64,000 nucleotides of DNA from positions 410,576 to 474,575 of the forward strand of contig NMRA01000082.1 in assembly GCA_002633005.1 (NCBI GenBank), in the 5' to 3' direction. This stretch comes from Phoronis australis. Taxonomy: Eukaryota; Animalia; Phoronida. Both the position numbers and the translations under genes were made by a program. Each line of letters starts with the position of its first letter. Position 1 is the stretch's first letter. Below are positions 13,127 to 27,700 of the stretch, piece after piece. Under the pieces are notes generated by a model that was not told the DNA's origin, made no database searches, and saw nothing but the letters and a program-made list of their open reading frames with translations.

Positions 13127-16100
13127 TTAACTAATTGCAAAGCCAGCTTTCACGATCGCGTCTGCCAGCTCTTGTTTGGAGGTTTCTTCCTTATGCTGTT
13201 TTAGGAGTTCATGTCCCTGAAATTATGTAAACATCTTTGGAAAACACGTTATACGAGATGAATGGATTACATGGATCATACAATGGTCTCGTCTTGAACA
13301 GTAGTTTAGAATATCACCAAGGCAACACACAAAATATTATGATCTTGTGAAACACAAAAATTTTGCAGAAGCATCGATGAAACGGCGATTTTTCCTAGAA
13401 ATATTTTTGGCTCAAGTGTGTTGCACATAGGTATACGCGCCTTAGCTTCATTGATAGGCAAAGACTAGTGTCTTGTGTACAGGCACAAATCTTAAACTGC
13501 GTGATAAAAAAATATAAATACTTTCAGTTACTTTCAACTTATTACTAATCTTAAATTTAAAACACGTCAGCATTTTACAAACTAAATTATCGCTAGGAAA
13601 CAAGCAAGAAAATTGCGATTTAATGAGTTCTAAATCGTGAAGTATGTGTCTACGTGTGGAAGACGTACGTGTAAAATTGTGACCGCACAGTGAAACTGTT
13701 CGAGCACAGAACAAAAAAAAAAAACATTGCATTTCATAACCACTGTCATCGGATTAGTGACGGACACTTTTATCGTTTCTTCGGCTGAGTTATGATGCAT
13801 TCGTAATTTGACAGTTTTAACAACTACACAGTTCATGTCTCCGATTAAGAAGCTTACTAAACAAGCAAAAGAGAACCACTCATAATTCTGACAAAAAATG
13901 AACTTATTAGCCAAAAACCAAACGAATACTCACAGCAGTTACACCCCAATTGTCAGGTTGTGACATCGAGGCTGAGAACGGTCGTCCAGACGACGGTTTT
14001 ATATTCTCCCAGTATTCTTTGCGTGCTCTAGCTCGCACCCATGGCTTTGTGTGCATTTTCAGGCCGCCACCCCACGCGTCATGTTTGGTTGATCCCTCAC
14101 ACGCGACGTTTCGCTCTTTGGCCAACTCTTCACTAACAGCCCGGATGTGGTACGGCTCGAAGCCACAGCATCCTCCAATGTAGCGCACGCCCAGGTCGTA
14201 GGCTTGGCGGGCGAATTTCTGGATCTCCCATCGTGTGCAAATTCGTGGCTCCAGAGCTGGAAGTTAATGATCATTTTTGAAACCAAATGAGACTGCGCTA
14301 GTGCCTATATGTCCTAAACATTTGACTTGAAAACGACCGAGAATGGTTTGTGATCAATTATGAAAGTAAAACAAAACTTAAACTACGAAAAGAAAATGGG
14401 AAACGAACAGTTCGTCATTTTACCGGTCGTGGGAGACATCAAAGACGGCAGAAAATCGCTTCGCTTCTTTGTAACCAACGAAACAAATATGTAGGCAAGG
14501 AGAAAAGATAATGTATGCGCGCACCCAGCCTAAAACGTGTGTGTGTGGGGGGGGGGGTCGAATTTTTGAGAACGTGGACCTCAAGTTCCACGGTGTACAT
14601 TCAGAGCTATGAATTGTGCATTCGCCGAATTTGGTAGTTCCTGCATTTTTAGGAGAATTTTGTCTCGTTTTCTATTTTTTCGGAGTTTTTTCTCTGAGGC
14701 CAAATTTTTGGCCCACTTCGCCAAATGGGGGTGCTCGTTCGAGCTCCCCCTTGGGTGTGCGCATGTAATCCATGAATATCAACTCTAGGTTGATCATGCC
14801 ACTTGGTTTTTCGTCAATCCTTAAAGGTTAAAAAGGTCGAAATTGTTACGACTGTTAAAAAAGAGGATAGTTGAAATAAAATCTTACCAAAAGGAAATTC
14901 TGGTAGATCAATGAAGCCTTGTCTATTTGCGTCGGGTGTGTGATATGCTAAGGGTTGAACCATGAGGTAGGGGTGCAGGTCGGCGGCGTCGAGGGCCTCT
15001 TTCATCTTCTTCATACCTTCCAGTAAGCCGAACGGCGAGAAATGACAGTTAAGGCCCACGATATCAGCACCTGCGAAAATAGGTATCATTGCTGTTTTAC
15101 GGACCACCCTTAGCAATTCCTTTTATTTTATTCAAGTATAACAATCGATATAAGACATGGCTAGGTGAAAAAGTCGAGAAGATGCCGTCGGTGATTCAAC
15201 ACCGCCAGAATAAAACCGACTTTGTTTGTTTCTGTTGTAAGTTATCCTGTCGTATGTTATAATCGTAAACTCCGTCAAAATGAAATAGAAAGCCGTGGAG
15301 CGCCGCAGTTGTATTGGAAGCTGATTGACAACACCTGTGTCTCAGGTAAAGCAAGATTATAATCAGAATTAAAATTTAATTTCCTTTCCTGTAATCTGTT
15401 TGTAATATCTAAGGAACGTGTTTTTGTTTCGTACCAGCTTTTGCCATCCTAACGGCACACTCTCCAGTCGAGACTCCGTGCATGTCACCGTCTGGTCCAA
15501 TGCACATGTTGGCGGCTACCGGAAGTTTTGTCTCCTTGGCAACTTCTATAGCCAGTTCCATCTCTTCCACGTGTTCAAAATACTATCAAATAAAGTAAGA
15601 ATGTGAGACTAAAGCACTTATTTTAAGCAGATCACTGCAATGTTTCTTTACCAAAGACAACGCGGGAACATTATTTGGGTCAATTTGGCGCTATGTATTT
15701 CATTACAATACACATCTCGGACACCATATTCACTGTCACACTGCTTTCATAAACAAAATACGTATCCTTGACGTCCTTTATGTCTAAAATAAACTTTTTC
15801 GTACTTAAGTTTACCGAAATTTAACCCAGAATAGTTTGGTGTATAATGTACAAAACAAAAAATTTCGACTTCTCACAAAATGAAAATATGATGACGTACC
15901 TCACAGATGATGAAATCGACTTGTTGGTCATGAAAGACGTCGCATTGTCCACGAAGAATGTCTTTGCAGGTTTCTTTGTCTCCACCACTCAAATACGTTG
16001 GCGTCTGACAGATTCCTCCGGCCACTAACGCGTTCCCTTCATCAGCAACTTCTCTGGCCAAGCGGCAGGCTTCCTCGTTGATTTTCTTTCCCTGTTAAGA

Positions 16101-18623
16101 TAGAATGCACAGTAAAACACTTGCAAAATATTTTTGTGCACTGCCTCCTGCTACTTAAGCGACCGAAAAAGTGGTTAATATACAAAATTATGCATTCTTT
16201 GATCGTTCATACCGTTTCAAACTACGTCTTCGTGAAAACCAAAATCATACAGCTTAGTTAAGCCAAACTTACTGTCAACGTTTTTTGTGCGTAATGCCCG
16301 CGATTCTCCAACTTGTCGTCACTGGCATAGAACGTGAAAGCCTGCATGACGTCAGACCCAGCGCGTAAGAATTCTCTGTGCAGTTGACGAACTGAAAGAA
16401 TTCATTGATGCATTCGACTGTTTTAATACGACCGTGGGAATCAGGACAGATCAAGTAACCGATTTTGACGGCTACTTCCCCAACTTAAGAGCAAAAGTTT
16501 AATTTTAAAGAAAAAAGTCATTCTCATTTTAATTCAAGTTTATATTATAATTTCAGCTGCAGCATCTACAATCGGTGAATCCCACTCGTTGTAACATCAG
16601 CTATTTGTAGATGGCGCTGCACGCAGGCACCGTAAAATACTGCATGTATGTCCCAAACCATGTTGTCAACGCGTTAGCTTTATCAGTATTTTGACAAGGC
16701 TCAAGTTCCAAGGTGGAGCTCGTTAAAATTGGAAGATTTGTGAGTGGTGTATCATTATCGCACAGCTATACATATACAATATGAAGCATTTTACTTAAAA
16801 TAATTACACAAAGTAATATTCAAATGACCATTTGTTTGAAAAAATAAGAAAAGTATTTAAGTACTTTGTTTGTGTAAAAATTCTACACAACGTAATAAAT
16901 GCACAAGCAGTGTCTCACCCGCTTCCGGATGTTCCACTGTGGCTTCCGGTGTCCATGGTCCCGCCTTCACGTAACCTCGTTTCTCGAGGGCAAACACAAA
17001 ACCACCGTCACCCACAACCACGCCTTCCTTCAAACGTTCGAGTATACCCTAAAATTGCGATGGTACACATGGAAACGAATTACTCGATCAGTTACCGGTG
17101 AAGACATTGAAGTAGGTATAAGTTGGGCATGCCCAGGTTTGTCCCAATTCAGACTGTATCCGGAAGCATGGCGGATACTTCCGATAGAAAACAGTGCCTT
17201 GACATGGACTAGTGATCAGCTGAGTACATGTTTCAGTTGATTTCATTTTGTTACACCGACTTCAAATAAGGCTTTGAAAATATTGAGTGAAGATCCTTTT
17301 GGAACCAAAGAACCGTACCTTGATGTGGTTAGTGTACAGCCGTTAGTGTAGTGTAGGTCCTATTCAGATCTGTTACGGGATTCCCCCGACATTAGGGAAT
17401 CCCCGGTACTGTTTTTAACCTTTTATTCTACGACAGAGGGCGCACCCGGTGGTGCATCAAGTCCGTGTTACATGGACGAAACGGCTGTGCACTTACCACA
17501 TCAAGGTATGGCTCTTTGGTTCCAAAAGGATCTTTATTCAATAGTTTCATCACTTAAATGGAACCCAGTAATATACGTAGTCTAAAATAAGGCTTTGTTG
17601 TGCAAAAGAATGTAACAAAGTGTATGCAATTAAATCACCGATCGCTCCTGGAGAATCCCTTCTATCCTCCTTTACCAGAAACAACCTTCCGCGCTCTTCA
17701 AGTACAATTTTATATTTATTCTATATTCCTCTTCCTATCTATGGTTATCAAAAACTGTAAATAAAAACCTACAAAATGCTATCATTAAGGTCCGTTTTGA
17801 CCAAAACAAGACAATGGAGTCTTTTTGAGAAGAGCTGCAACTGACAAATATTTGGCCGTGGCGAGCGTCTTACAAGGTTGTTTAAATGTTAATTCAATGG
17901 CAGACCTCGTTCAAAACTGTACCGGGCATCTCCAGTCATCGCATGAAACAACTTTAAAGGTAATGGGCTCGCTCGCTCCGTAACCGAGAATAAATGTCTT
18001 AAATATTGTTTTTATAAAACTGTAGTGCACAGATATTCGTAATCACGTGACTGCGATAATCTAACAAAATATCGATTTTTCGCGGAGACCGCCGTCATTT
18101 CACCAAACACGATTTTTTAGCATGGAACTTGCAAATTCTGTTTTTTTTATTCTATTATCTACATGTTTGAGTACAAAATTTTCTTTTAGCCCATTTAGTC
18201 CGAGAATTCTGATGTCCAAAACGCCACGATTTTTGACATCCGTTGCACGTTGCGCGTTACACATGGCCAATATCAAGAATATCTTTAATATAATATACTT
18301 ATTTATTTCCATCTACGTGTTCTGAAACTTTTCAATGTGTGGAAACAACGGCTGCTGAACCCATAGTTCTTCAAAACACGGTGCACAGTGACAGACTCAC
18401 AAAACACCACTTACGCACACACAAACAGCTCTCGACTAACAAACACGGCTTTGACGCTTCACATGTACACGATCGTTGAGTCCGCGAGATGGTGAGTTGG
18501 AGAACTGTGTTACTGGGCACGTGAGCCGTGTTTATTAGTGAAAAGATCTGTGTTCCTTTGTGCTGGAACCGTGTTGTGCCTCTCGCTTTTAGATGTTCTA
18601 TAACTTACCTTTTTCACTGGCAT
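13127..18623 (-). CDS. BHMT: Betaine--homocysteine S-methyltransferase, 8 coding exons, 399 aa
   Basis: Exons in transcription order: 18623-18609, 17048-16919, 16391-16273, 16091-15900, 15582-15435, 15070-14888, 14256-13934, 13216-13127. All introns are GT-AG with consistent phases; total 1200 nt. Translation includes [60 protein letters not shown] and [12 protein letters not shown] (the three Zn-ligand Cys), [11 protein letters not shown] and [16 protein letters not shown]. Confidence 0.96.
14515..14764. mobile_element. ~250-bp MITE with 13-bp TIR in BHMT intron 6
   Basis: atgcgcgcaccca ... tgggtgtgcgcat (12/13 inverted), with internal G-runs. Confidence 0.55.
17275..17549. mobile_element. 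Foldback MITE with ~70-bp TIRs in BHMT intron 1
   Basis: tgaaaatattgagtgaagatccttttggaaccaaagaaccgtaccttgatgtggttagtgtacagccgtt is inverted at 17480-17549 with few mismatches. Confidence 0.75.
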
Positions 18624-18743
18624 TCTGGAAGTCGGCTCAAGTCAAAGCAGTAACAACAAGTCACACCCGGCTTCAGAAAACACAACTGTGGTGCAGGATA
18701 GGTAGTCTTTCGTCAACTGTTGCTTTGCTCTATGCAGCGTGCA

Positions 18744-18751
18744 TTTTTATA
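18744..18751 (-). promoter_or_regulatory. TATA box (TATAAAAA) of BHMT
   Basis: Minus-strand TATAAAAA about 120 bp upstream of the BHMT ATG, with an Inr-like ACAGTT about 30 nt downstream (~18715-18720). Confidence 0.55.
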
Positions 18752-21751
18752 GTCTACACATACCAACAGTTCATCGAGGGGTCACAATTTCGAGTAGAGA
18801 CCCCTGCGCCACAAAACATCTGGACAAATTCCTGCGCGAGCAAAATAGATCCTGTGACTTCAACGATGTGTACAAAACAATACACTGATGAAAATGAAAT
18901 TGAGATGATCAGTTTCAATGAATTCAATTAAATTATCATTTCTTTTGTGTTGTGGAAGACATGCGTCAATCAAAGTTAAGGCGCGTCAATGAAAAACCAA
19001 GGCAAACATTCTTCGCGATGTGATTTGCCAGCTAATTACCACTACTAGAACAAGTTTGAAGCAAAGGCGGGTTATTTTGAAAAATAAACTAATAAGTGAG
19101 AACAATTTCTTGGAATACACCACTTGATATTACGCAATTTTCGGTTCATTTTATTGGCGGGTGTGCATAGCATGGCTATTCGTTAAATCCAATGCCACTG
19201 CCACATAACCTATTTGGATTAGGTAAACACAGAATGAGTTGTTGTTTTCTTCAGTTCAAAGTTCAAACAATAATTCCGAAGCCGGTATAAACCGGATCCT
19301 GTGCAAGCACGTGTTGTTTGGCCACGGTTGTGACCCTCCACAGCGTGCGAAGCAACTGACTGTTTGTCCTTTTGGCAGATAAAACCACAGAACTCTTTCA
19401 GGGCTAAGGGTTCTATGATAAAATGTACATCGTAGGATACTTTTGTTGTGGTTTTCACAAAAGCATTTAGGGCTAAAGTTTCCCTGACCTACAACTTCAT
19501 ATCTTTGAGGTCCCATGACCAGTCACCTATTACAAATTTTTGCGGACGCCCGAGTTCAGCCGTTTGTATGGTGTATGTAGTAATTGCAAGAAACTAGCGA
19601 GGTCGTCTTGCGCATAGCCCGTCACAGCGCCACCTCTACGGAAGAGTAGTAGCGCACTTCAGGGCGTGTACCGTACATGACAACCAAAACTACGCAATGT
19701 GCCAATTACGTTTGATATAAAAGCTGAATATGTCCGGACATTGCGAATTAAAAAGTCTAGTGTTACGTAATTCTCGAATGACAATTCGATCGTCAACACT
19801 GATCATAATTTATGTGTAGGCCTACATGACCCAGTATTCTGTTGTTTGTCTCCGTAAATGCCAGTGAGAAATCGGAACCCTGGTCTCATTGAAGCGTTCG
19901 TGATGCAGTTGTTGGATGACCCAGCGTGTGGTTAAGGCCAAACAAATTGTGGATATGAATCTAATTTACGTCTTTCATACTTAGACTATTATGACACATA
20001 GAAAAAAGTGTGTATTCTCATACTGCTTCCAGCCCCTGGCCGTATGACACAACCCGGCCAAACAAAGTCAGTATCGTGTTCCGAGTATTGGAGGATAGAT
20101 AAAATTGTTTGTTGATTTCTTATCCGGTTCTAACCAGTCTGAGCCGAATTGCACCCGTTACATGAACAATAATTGTTTGGTTAGACCGATTAAACATGAT
20201 AAGCCAACTTGACCGCAAGGTGTTGAATAAGAAGTAAATAGAGGCCAACACCAGAGACTACAAGTTCACGGCCAAACTCATATTTTGATTCTACACAGAT
20301 TTAGAGCACCAGTCACGATTGTTTGCCACATATCTAACAAATTAAACTGAAATTTAACCGAAAAAAGTATTCTAGAGCTCAGATATATACGTGTTCAGCC
20401 TAGTAACATTGAGGCTGAGCTTCACTGGACGTGAAATGTCCATTTTAGAGTGACCTAAGAGACAAATACCTTGCTGAAAGATACTACGCGCCACCAATCG
20501 AAGACAAATTTATAACATTGATGCGAACGGAAACCCGCAAACGAACGCGTGGCGTGTCTGTATATTTACTGATTTATTATGCCTTTAAAAAAAGAGGAGA
20601 CGGAAACAGTGTTCACTTCAATTATGTTTAGGCCTACCGTCTCGTGCTACTGCACATTTATATTGTATCGTATACAAGAGCAGTCGGTCTAGTTCCAAAT
20701 TAGAAGTACAGAGAAAGTCGTCTGCAAGCATAATCAAAACACCAGTGTGTTGTTGCTGAAAATAGTCCGTGTACCGCGTAGTAAATATTGATGTGGGTGT
20801 GAATGAGGGTGTGTACTACTGTCGCCCAATCACAGAGCAAGGCATAATCAAGGGTTTGGTTGTTTGTGCTCGCCTACACAAAGGCAATTGCGCACTACAG
20901 AGAAAGACTTTCGCTTCAATTTTGATTAAAAACTCTCGAACAGACCATTAAAACAAACCCTCATAACACTGAGAATTATTATGGTTGGTTTTTCGAATTT
21001 CTGGTGGTCACATGCTAATCCACAGAACACTGACAGCCAGGGTTGAAAATTACAAAACGACTAAAAACGTTGTCAGCCTTCTCTTGCGAGGCTCAAAGTA
21101 AGCAAAAATAAAAGAAAAAGCGAGAAAATTTTAAACATTGTTAAAGTAATACCACATTCTTAACAACGACGAAGGACTGTACCAAAGTAGCAAACTTGCC
21201 GTAAAAACCCGATGTGTGTGAACTCTGTTTTGCAACGTTACAAAACACAATGGGCCGCTGAAACACGTTTTGTTTCAAATGAACAATTGGATGAAACACC
21301 CCTTGTCTCAGAAGCCCTCGGCTGATATATATTTCATGCCCTCAATGGCAAAGCGACTATGGGTTTATTGTTGCCGCCTATATAGGACAACCGGCGTAAC
21401 AGTTAGTTGTTTACCGTATTATCGACTAATAGTACGGGTGTCACTGACAAAGTTGACCTTTTCACAATATCACAGCCATGACCTAATTCTGGAGCCTTGC
21501 CAAAACAAAAATCATCTGTGATACAACTCGATTCAGTGATGGCCGAGAATATGTGTACAAGACAGTAGCACTATGCTTCACGGTGGCTTCTGACTACGGT
21601 AACTTGTCAAAACACGCTTGTGGGTTTGCGACCGGCATAGCGAACACAACGTGTTGAATCACGAGTGCGGAAACTGTCTTATTTTGAACACATGCCGCAT
21701 TTGTGACCGTCGACGCATTCGCTGTCAAAGGTGCCCAAGGAGAACCGCAAG

Positions 21752-24700
21752 ATGTTGCGGACGCGCTCGAATTATTGTCTGTCACTTTTAAAGAGATGTC
21801 TTCACAACAGTTCAGCAGCTTGCTATACAGCAGACCAACAAAACAAAAGGTAAAGTTAACGTTAATTTTTCATAAAAGTTGGCTTATGTATATGTTCTGG
21901 GTTGAAAGGCTGGGAACCGTATACCTTTGACTGACGCAGGTGTAAATTACCCCTACGACGGTAACTATAAGGAATGCACGTGTCAGTAATAACCGATTGA
22001 GTGAATTTGTGATGCAATGTGTAAGCAATTAAGGAGTGCCCGACAATTCAAGTATTCCCCAGATACGCGTTAGGTTGGGGGGATTTTTATATTCGCTCCA
22101 ACTGGAATGTGAAATGTTTGCACCTATAGTCTTGGGCCACTAGTTCTCTGAATTGTCATAATGCAGGTCACTCATACATTGAAGGAAATTTTGTCGGACA
22201 AAAGCCACTCAAATCACTATATAGAAGGAGATGGTGTTTAGAAGTAGCTTGTAGAATACAAGAAAACAAACAAACATTTTATTGAGATGCACAAACGCAG
22301 CGGAGGGCGCTGGCGTCAGTGGCTGCATCTGGGACTAGACCCGTGTGAAGTTTTTTTTTACGTACTCGCGTAATTTTTGCCGGAAAATTTCGAAACATCA
22401 CTTCTTTTAACACCTCTAGTTCATGGTTAAACGCATGCTGAAATATCACCGTAATTCACTCAAGTTGTAATTATAATTGCTTTCCGATTTCAGGTAATGT
22501 GCGTTTGAGTAGGTAATACGTTTTTTTGTAAGTTTAGTGTGCTAAAGGATTATGTTGTGGTTGTTCGCATTTGCTTTTAACAGAGCCTACAAACTGTACC
22601 CAATTTGCTTTGATTACGTAACAAAATGCAGTTACATCAAGCCGTGAGACGCCACCGACACCGGTTAAAACTGGTTTTGATGTTTTAAAAGTTCAAAATG
22701 ATAATACCCGATCTGTGAGGGACCAAGTGTGTGTCCTAAAACTTGACAGCGACACACAGTGGTTTGAAGGATAATCATTCCTCAACGCGTTGCCAGCTTG
22801 TCCCCTTTGATAACAAGTTACTGGAACCTTGGCGTCACTTTGGCACGATGCACTAAACCAAATCTCCACCAGGTGTCACTTGCTATGCGTGGATCAGTGT
22901 CTTATCTTCCTAACTGTCACACTAAAACTTATTGCATTGCAGATGACATTTGTCCCCCAGTCTAAACATTTGTAAGTAACGCAGTGGGGGTGGGCGAAAA
23001 GTTTTGGCGCGGTGCACTCACTTTCTGCTATGGTAGGCCTCATATTCAACTGCCAATGAAACTCAAAAGACACAAACCTGGTTTTTGTAGTGGGGCTGTT
23101 ACCAGTATAGAGGCCATTTAAGTCGTAGAGATTAATCATTTGTAACATTCTTGGAGCTAGTCCTACTGAGATCTTTTCCTTGACAATAACCTTGCGATCC
23201 TTTTAAGATTTTGTTTTAAAAAATTCCCGCCTAGTGTACACTTTCAAGCGCAACTATAAGTAAAGCACAACGGACAAATATTTCACCCTTACTTGTTGGA
23301 AATCATATTTTTCAGTGGCGAGACACATTTGCATTACTACAAGCAGAACATGAGACTCTGGGCCGCGGGTCCGCCCCCATGAACATGTAATTCACCCCTT
23401 CAGTTGCCTCTACATTGGTCGCAGAAGCAGTGAAAACACGAGAGACTGTCAGTATCTGATGAAAATGTCCCGCTTCTGTCTCACATTCTTGACAAAGAAA
23501 ATCAAAATTATTCAAGCATAATGAATAACGCATAATGGGTAATATTTTTGCCAATCGTACGCTTTACGACAACGCAGTGGTTGATAGATTCGTTTAACAA
23601 TGTTACAAAGTCAAGCGATAGCATAAAATAAACCCCCTTGCTGTAACCCACGAAAAAGTAGTTTTGAAGCTATTTTTGACATAACCTCGCACAAAATTTT
23701 CATATTTTTAACCAGTAATCCAAATACGTAGTGCTCAATGCTACAAGCCAACCGACGATTGAAAGGATTGCCTTGATGCAGTTTGTCTAGTGAAACAAAC
23801 TGCCGAACGTAACGTATAGGCCTTATGTGTAAAATAAAGGAACAAATGAATTCTCAAGCAATTTCTGGCGTTTTTCAGTCATGGGCTGAACAAGCGACTT
23901 AAAGAAACCGCAGACGCCGTCATCATCGGCGGCGGGATTATGGGATGCAGCATAGCTTACCACCTGGCCAAAGCAGGCATGAAGGACGTGGCACTGTTGG
24001 AAAAATCTGAGCTTACCGCCGGGTCAACATGGCACGCCGTAAGTATGGCTCGAGGCGCCAACATACGGATGTAGGAGCAGGTGGCGTTTGATTAGTTATT
24101 TTATTATTGGCTATTTTGCATTGCCGGGAGAAAATTTAACAGAACGTGCGGAATGGTGATAGTGTCGCAGAAAAGTGAAGATGTGTAGTATTGATTAGGG
24201 CAGTTTGCAATGATTTAGAGAAAAAAAGGAGGGTGAGAGATAAGGGGTAAGNGGAGGGGGAGAGGGAGGGGGAGAGAGGTGGAGGGAGGGATGGAGGAGG
24301 GACAGAAGGGGTGAGAGAAGGAGGGAGGAAGTAATTTGTCAAGCAGTTCGTTATGCAAGATATTATGGATGATGTACCATTTTGTACGGGCAAGAGGATA
24401 TTTCTTTACACCAGTAATCCTGTGTTGCATTGTAGGCGGGCCTCACAACGTACTTCAATCCGGGCATAAACATGAAGAAGATTCACTATTACAGCATCAA
24501 CCTGTACAACCAACTGGAAAAGGAAACAGAGCAGGTTCGCATGCGCAATACTTGTCACGTGTGCAGGGCTACGGTTGTACTGGCACGAATTGGTCATTCT
24601 CGTATATTTGTACTTTTAATTGGTCTCAATTAGTCTTGTTCATTTGAATTTGGGTGCACCTAAACAACGATGTTCAATCTAGAAACGTCACGAACATTCT

Positions 24701-27700
24701 CTTTAATGTATTGCACTCATTTCAATCCATGAACAGAGGAGCTTTGCAGTATGCTGTGAAATCTAACGGAAACATTTTAATTTTGAGGACAGATTTTAAA
24801 TCGTGTCATCTATGACTTTCCTGCAATACAACTATATATTATTTTTGTTATTGTGACAAAAACACAGGTATGACCATGGGCGCCTATGGTGCACCGCCCA
24901 TGTGTTTTGTTGAAGGGTTTGACAGGATAAACTTGGCCGTTTTCTGGAGGCTTCAAAAAGGTCGTTGACAATCGGCTGGGATATTTTGCTTTAGATCTGT
25001 TATGGAAGTGTGATCGTTGTTTGTTCAGGGAAAACTTAAGGCAATGCTGTACCCATTCATGCACGAAAAAAAGCCATTGACAGTCGGGTGGGATGCGTTG
25101 CCTCCGATCTATTATGAAAATGTTGTTGTTTGGTAAGGAAAAACGCAATGCAATGACAAAGAAAACTAGAGTTTAACAAAGAGTAACGCTGTATCCATTC
25201 GTGCATTCTTAACTGCGACAGAACATCATGGCGTATCAAAGGGAACGACCTTGATGGATGGCTTTGATATAAAGCGCTCTTCTGAGCGCTTTTAGGGACA
25301 TGTTAGTTTACGATCTTAATCGAATTTGTTTACTTTCCTTGATTCAGAATAAGAGTTTTATTGAACGTTTGCGGCATGACTCCTATCCGTCCATATTTCA
25401 CGTTTCAGGACATCGGGTTTCACCGCGTAGGTAGTTTGCGGCTGGCGGCTTCGCCGGTTCGAGTTGACGAGTTCCGCTACCAGATGTCGCGTCACGGATG
25501 GCATCAGGCACCTCAGTGGCTTATTACACCGGAAGAAATTGAACAAAGAGTTCCTATCATAAATATGGACAAGGTACCATATTCTTGAACACCATGTACT
25601 TCTCACCTTCCCTATGAACTATGGTGGGTCGTTTGCATACCGACCAAACTGTCCTGAGAGGTGATCCAAGGCTTTCAAGTCATCCAAGTTAGATATGACT
25701 TCAATACCTACTACATTCAGTCTCTTATTCATCGGCGCACTCTGATCCCCAAGGAACACAGTTGACGTGCCGGCCCTGGTGACACAATCTATATACGTTA
25801 ATCCAGAGCGTCTTCAAAACTGCCACTCTGTTAAAACTGAAAATTGCGTGCTTCAATTGTATGCCCTGTGTATATTGCTCAAAGGTGCTTAAAATGTGCA
25901 TCGTGATTTTCCCTAAAAGGGGACTGAAATAAGGGCGACCGATTTTCCTATGAAAATTATGAAAAATGAGTATTATCTTTACACCAAAGTTACTAACCCA
26001 TTTTCAATGCAGTTGAAACATTTCAAACGCCCATGACACACAGTCGTTAACATTTAACTAGATTTGGTGCATTTTTCGCTCGAAACCGTCTAGATGTTTT
26101 ATAATAGTGTGTAGTTATTAGAGCTCTGATGTAACGTTTAGAAAACGAGCACATCAGAACGTCTGAACAACGTGTCTTTCAATGACACCCGAAACATTTG
26201 ACTGGACTGCTTTGTAGTCCAGATTTCCTTGTCTCATGGTGTTTGTTATGGCCTTTAATTGTCCCTGGGTGTTAATTTACTTTACCAGATACTCGGTGGT
26301 CTGTACAACCCGGACGACGGCTACGTTGATCCTTATTCTGTGGCACAAGCTTTGGCCATTGGTGCCCGCAAACATGGTGCTGAAATCTACATGCCTGCTC
26401 CGGTCAAGTCCACAAACCAACGGGAAGATGGCTGTTGGGACGTCATCACGGACCACGGGACAATCGTCGCTAAGCACGTGATCAACGCAGCAGGTGAGAA
26501 TTCGATAATGCAGGACGACTCTTCCGCCACGTGATCCACCAACATGTCATTTCTTGACTCCCAGTGAAACACATCACCTGGGTAGCTTTCAAGCGCTTAC
26601 TCCGAACACAATGTGACTTTATTTCTAAATATTTTCCAGTGTGGCGTTTTTGTAAATGAAGTTTCACGACATAGGCGTTATGAGTTTTCCATTTAAAGTC
26701 CTTTGGCCATTTCATGGGAAGTGTCACCTCCCGTGTTCACCATTGAGCCTATCATACATTCCGTGTTAGACCAGAAAGGCATATCTGAAGTCAGACTGTC
26801 ATTTTCAGTTTCTTGATTTTATAGAAATGTGAGTAATTGTATAGCAAAACTTGTTAATTTGTAGGTTTCCATGCTCGGGAGGTAGCCAAGTTGGCGGACA
26901 TTGATCTCCCAGTTGTTCCTATCCACCATCAGTACGTCGTGACGTCAACGATTCCGGAGGTGGCCGAAATAAAACAAGAAATTCCGGTTCTCCGCGATTT
27001 AGACTCCTCCTACTACCTTCGCATGGAGAGGCAGGGTTTATTGGTTGGTCCGTACGAGAATGAGGACAAGATGCAACTATGTGAAGACTGGGCGCGAGAG
27101 GGCGTTCCGCCCGGTACGGTAACTTATCAGTGAAATTTGCCACCCTAGTGTGCAAAACGAAATTTCCTGTCGACATTTTTATCCGCCAAAAGTGTTATAG
27201 TAGTGAAAGGGATAGTGGTAAGAAGAGCGGTAGCATAACCCCGGAGACGGATTCTCTACAGGGGCGGATCCAGGATTTTGAGTTAGGGGGCCAGGGAAGA
27301 GTATTAGCCAGGATTTTGCCCCTCAGACATTTGCACCCCCGAACTGTCAAATGGAATCTAGGAGAATTTTAGGGGGGCCATGGCCCCTTTCCCCCTCTAA
27401 ATCCGCCACTTCTCTATCACATAATATGTAGAGGGGTTTGCAAGCAATTCAGCATTCAATCCAAAGTATTCCGGGGCGAACAGGAAAATGGGTACCCCAG
27501 ACAAAACCAAATGATGGAATTTCCCTAGTCGCTTCTTCCATTGACCCACTCGTGACGATACCCGAGAGGGCATCCGCATCAAACACTCCTATGCGAGAGT
27601 TCACATGTTCCTTTAGGATGCCCGTGAAGGTGAAATGATAATTGAGTTAAAAACGCACGAAATATATTCTTGCCTTCCTAGTGTTTTCAAATTAAATCTG

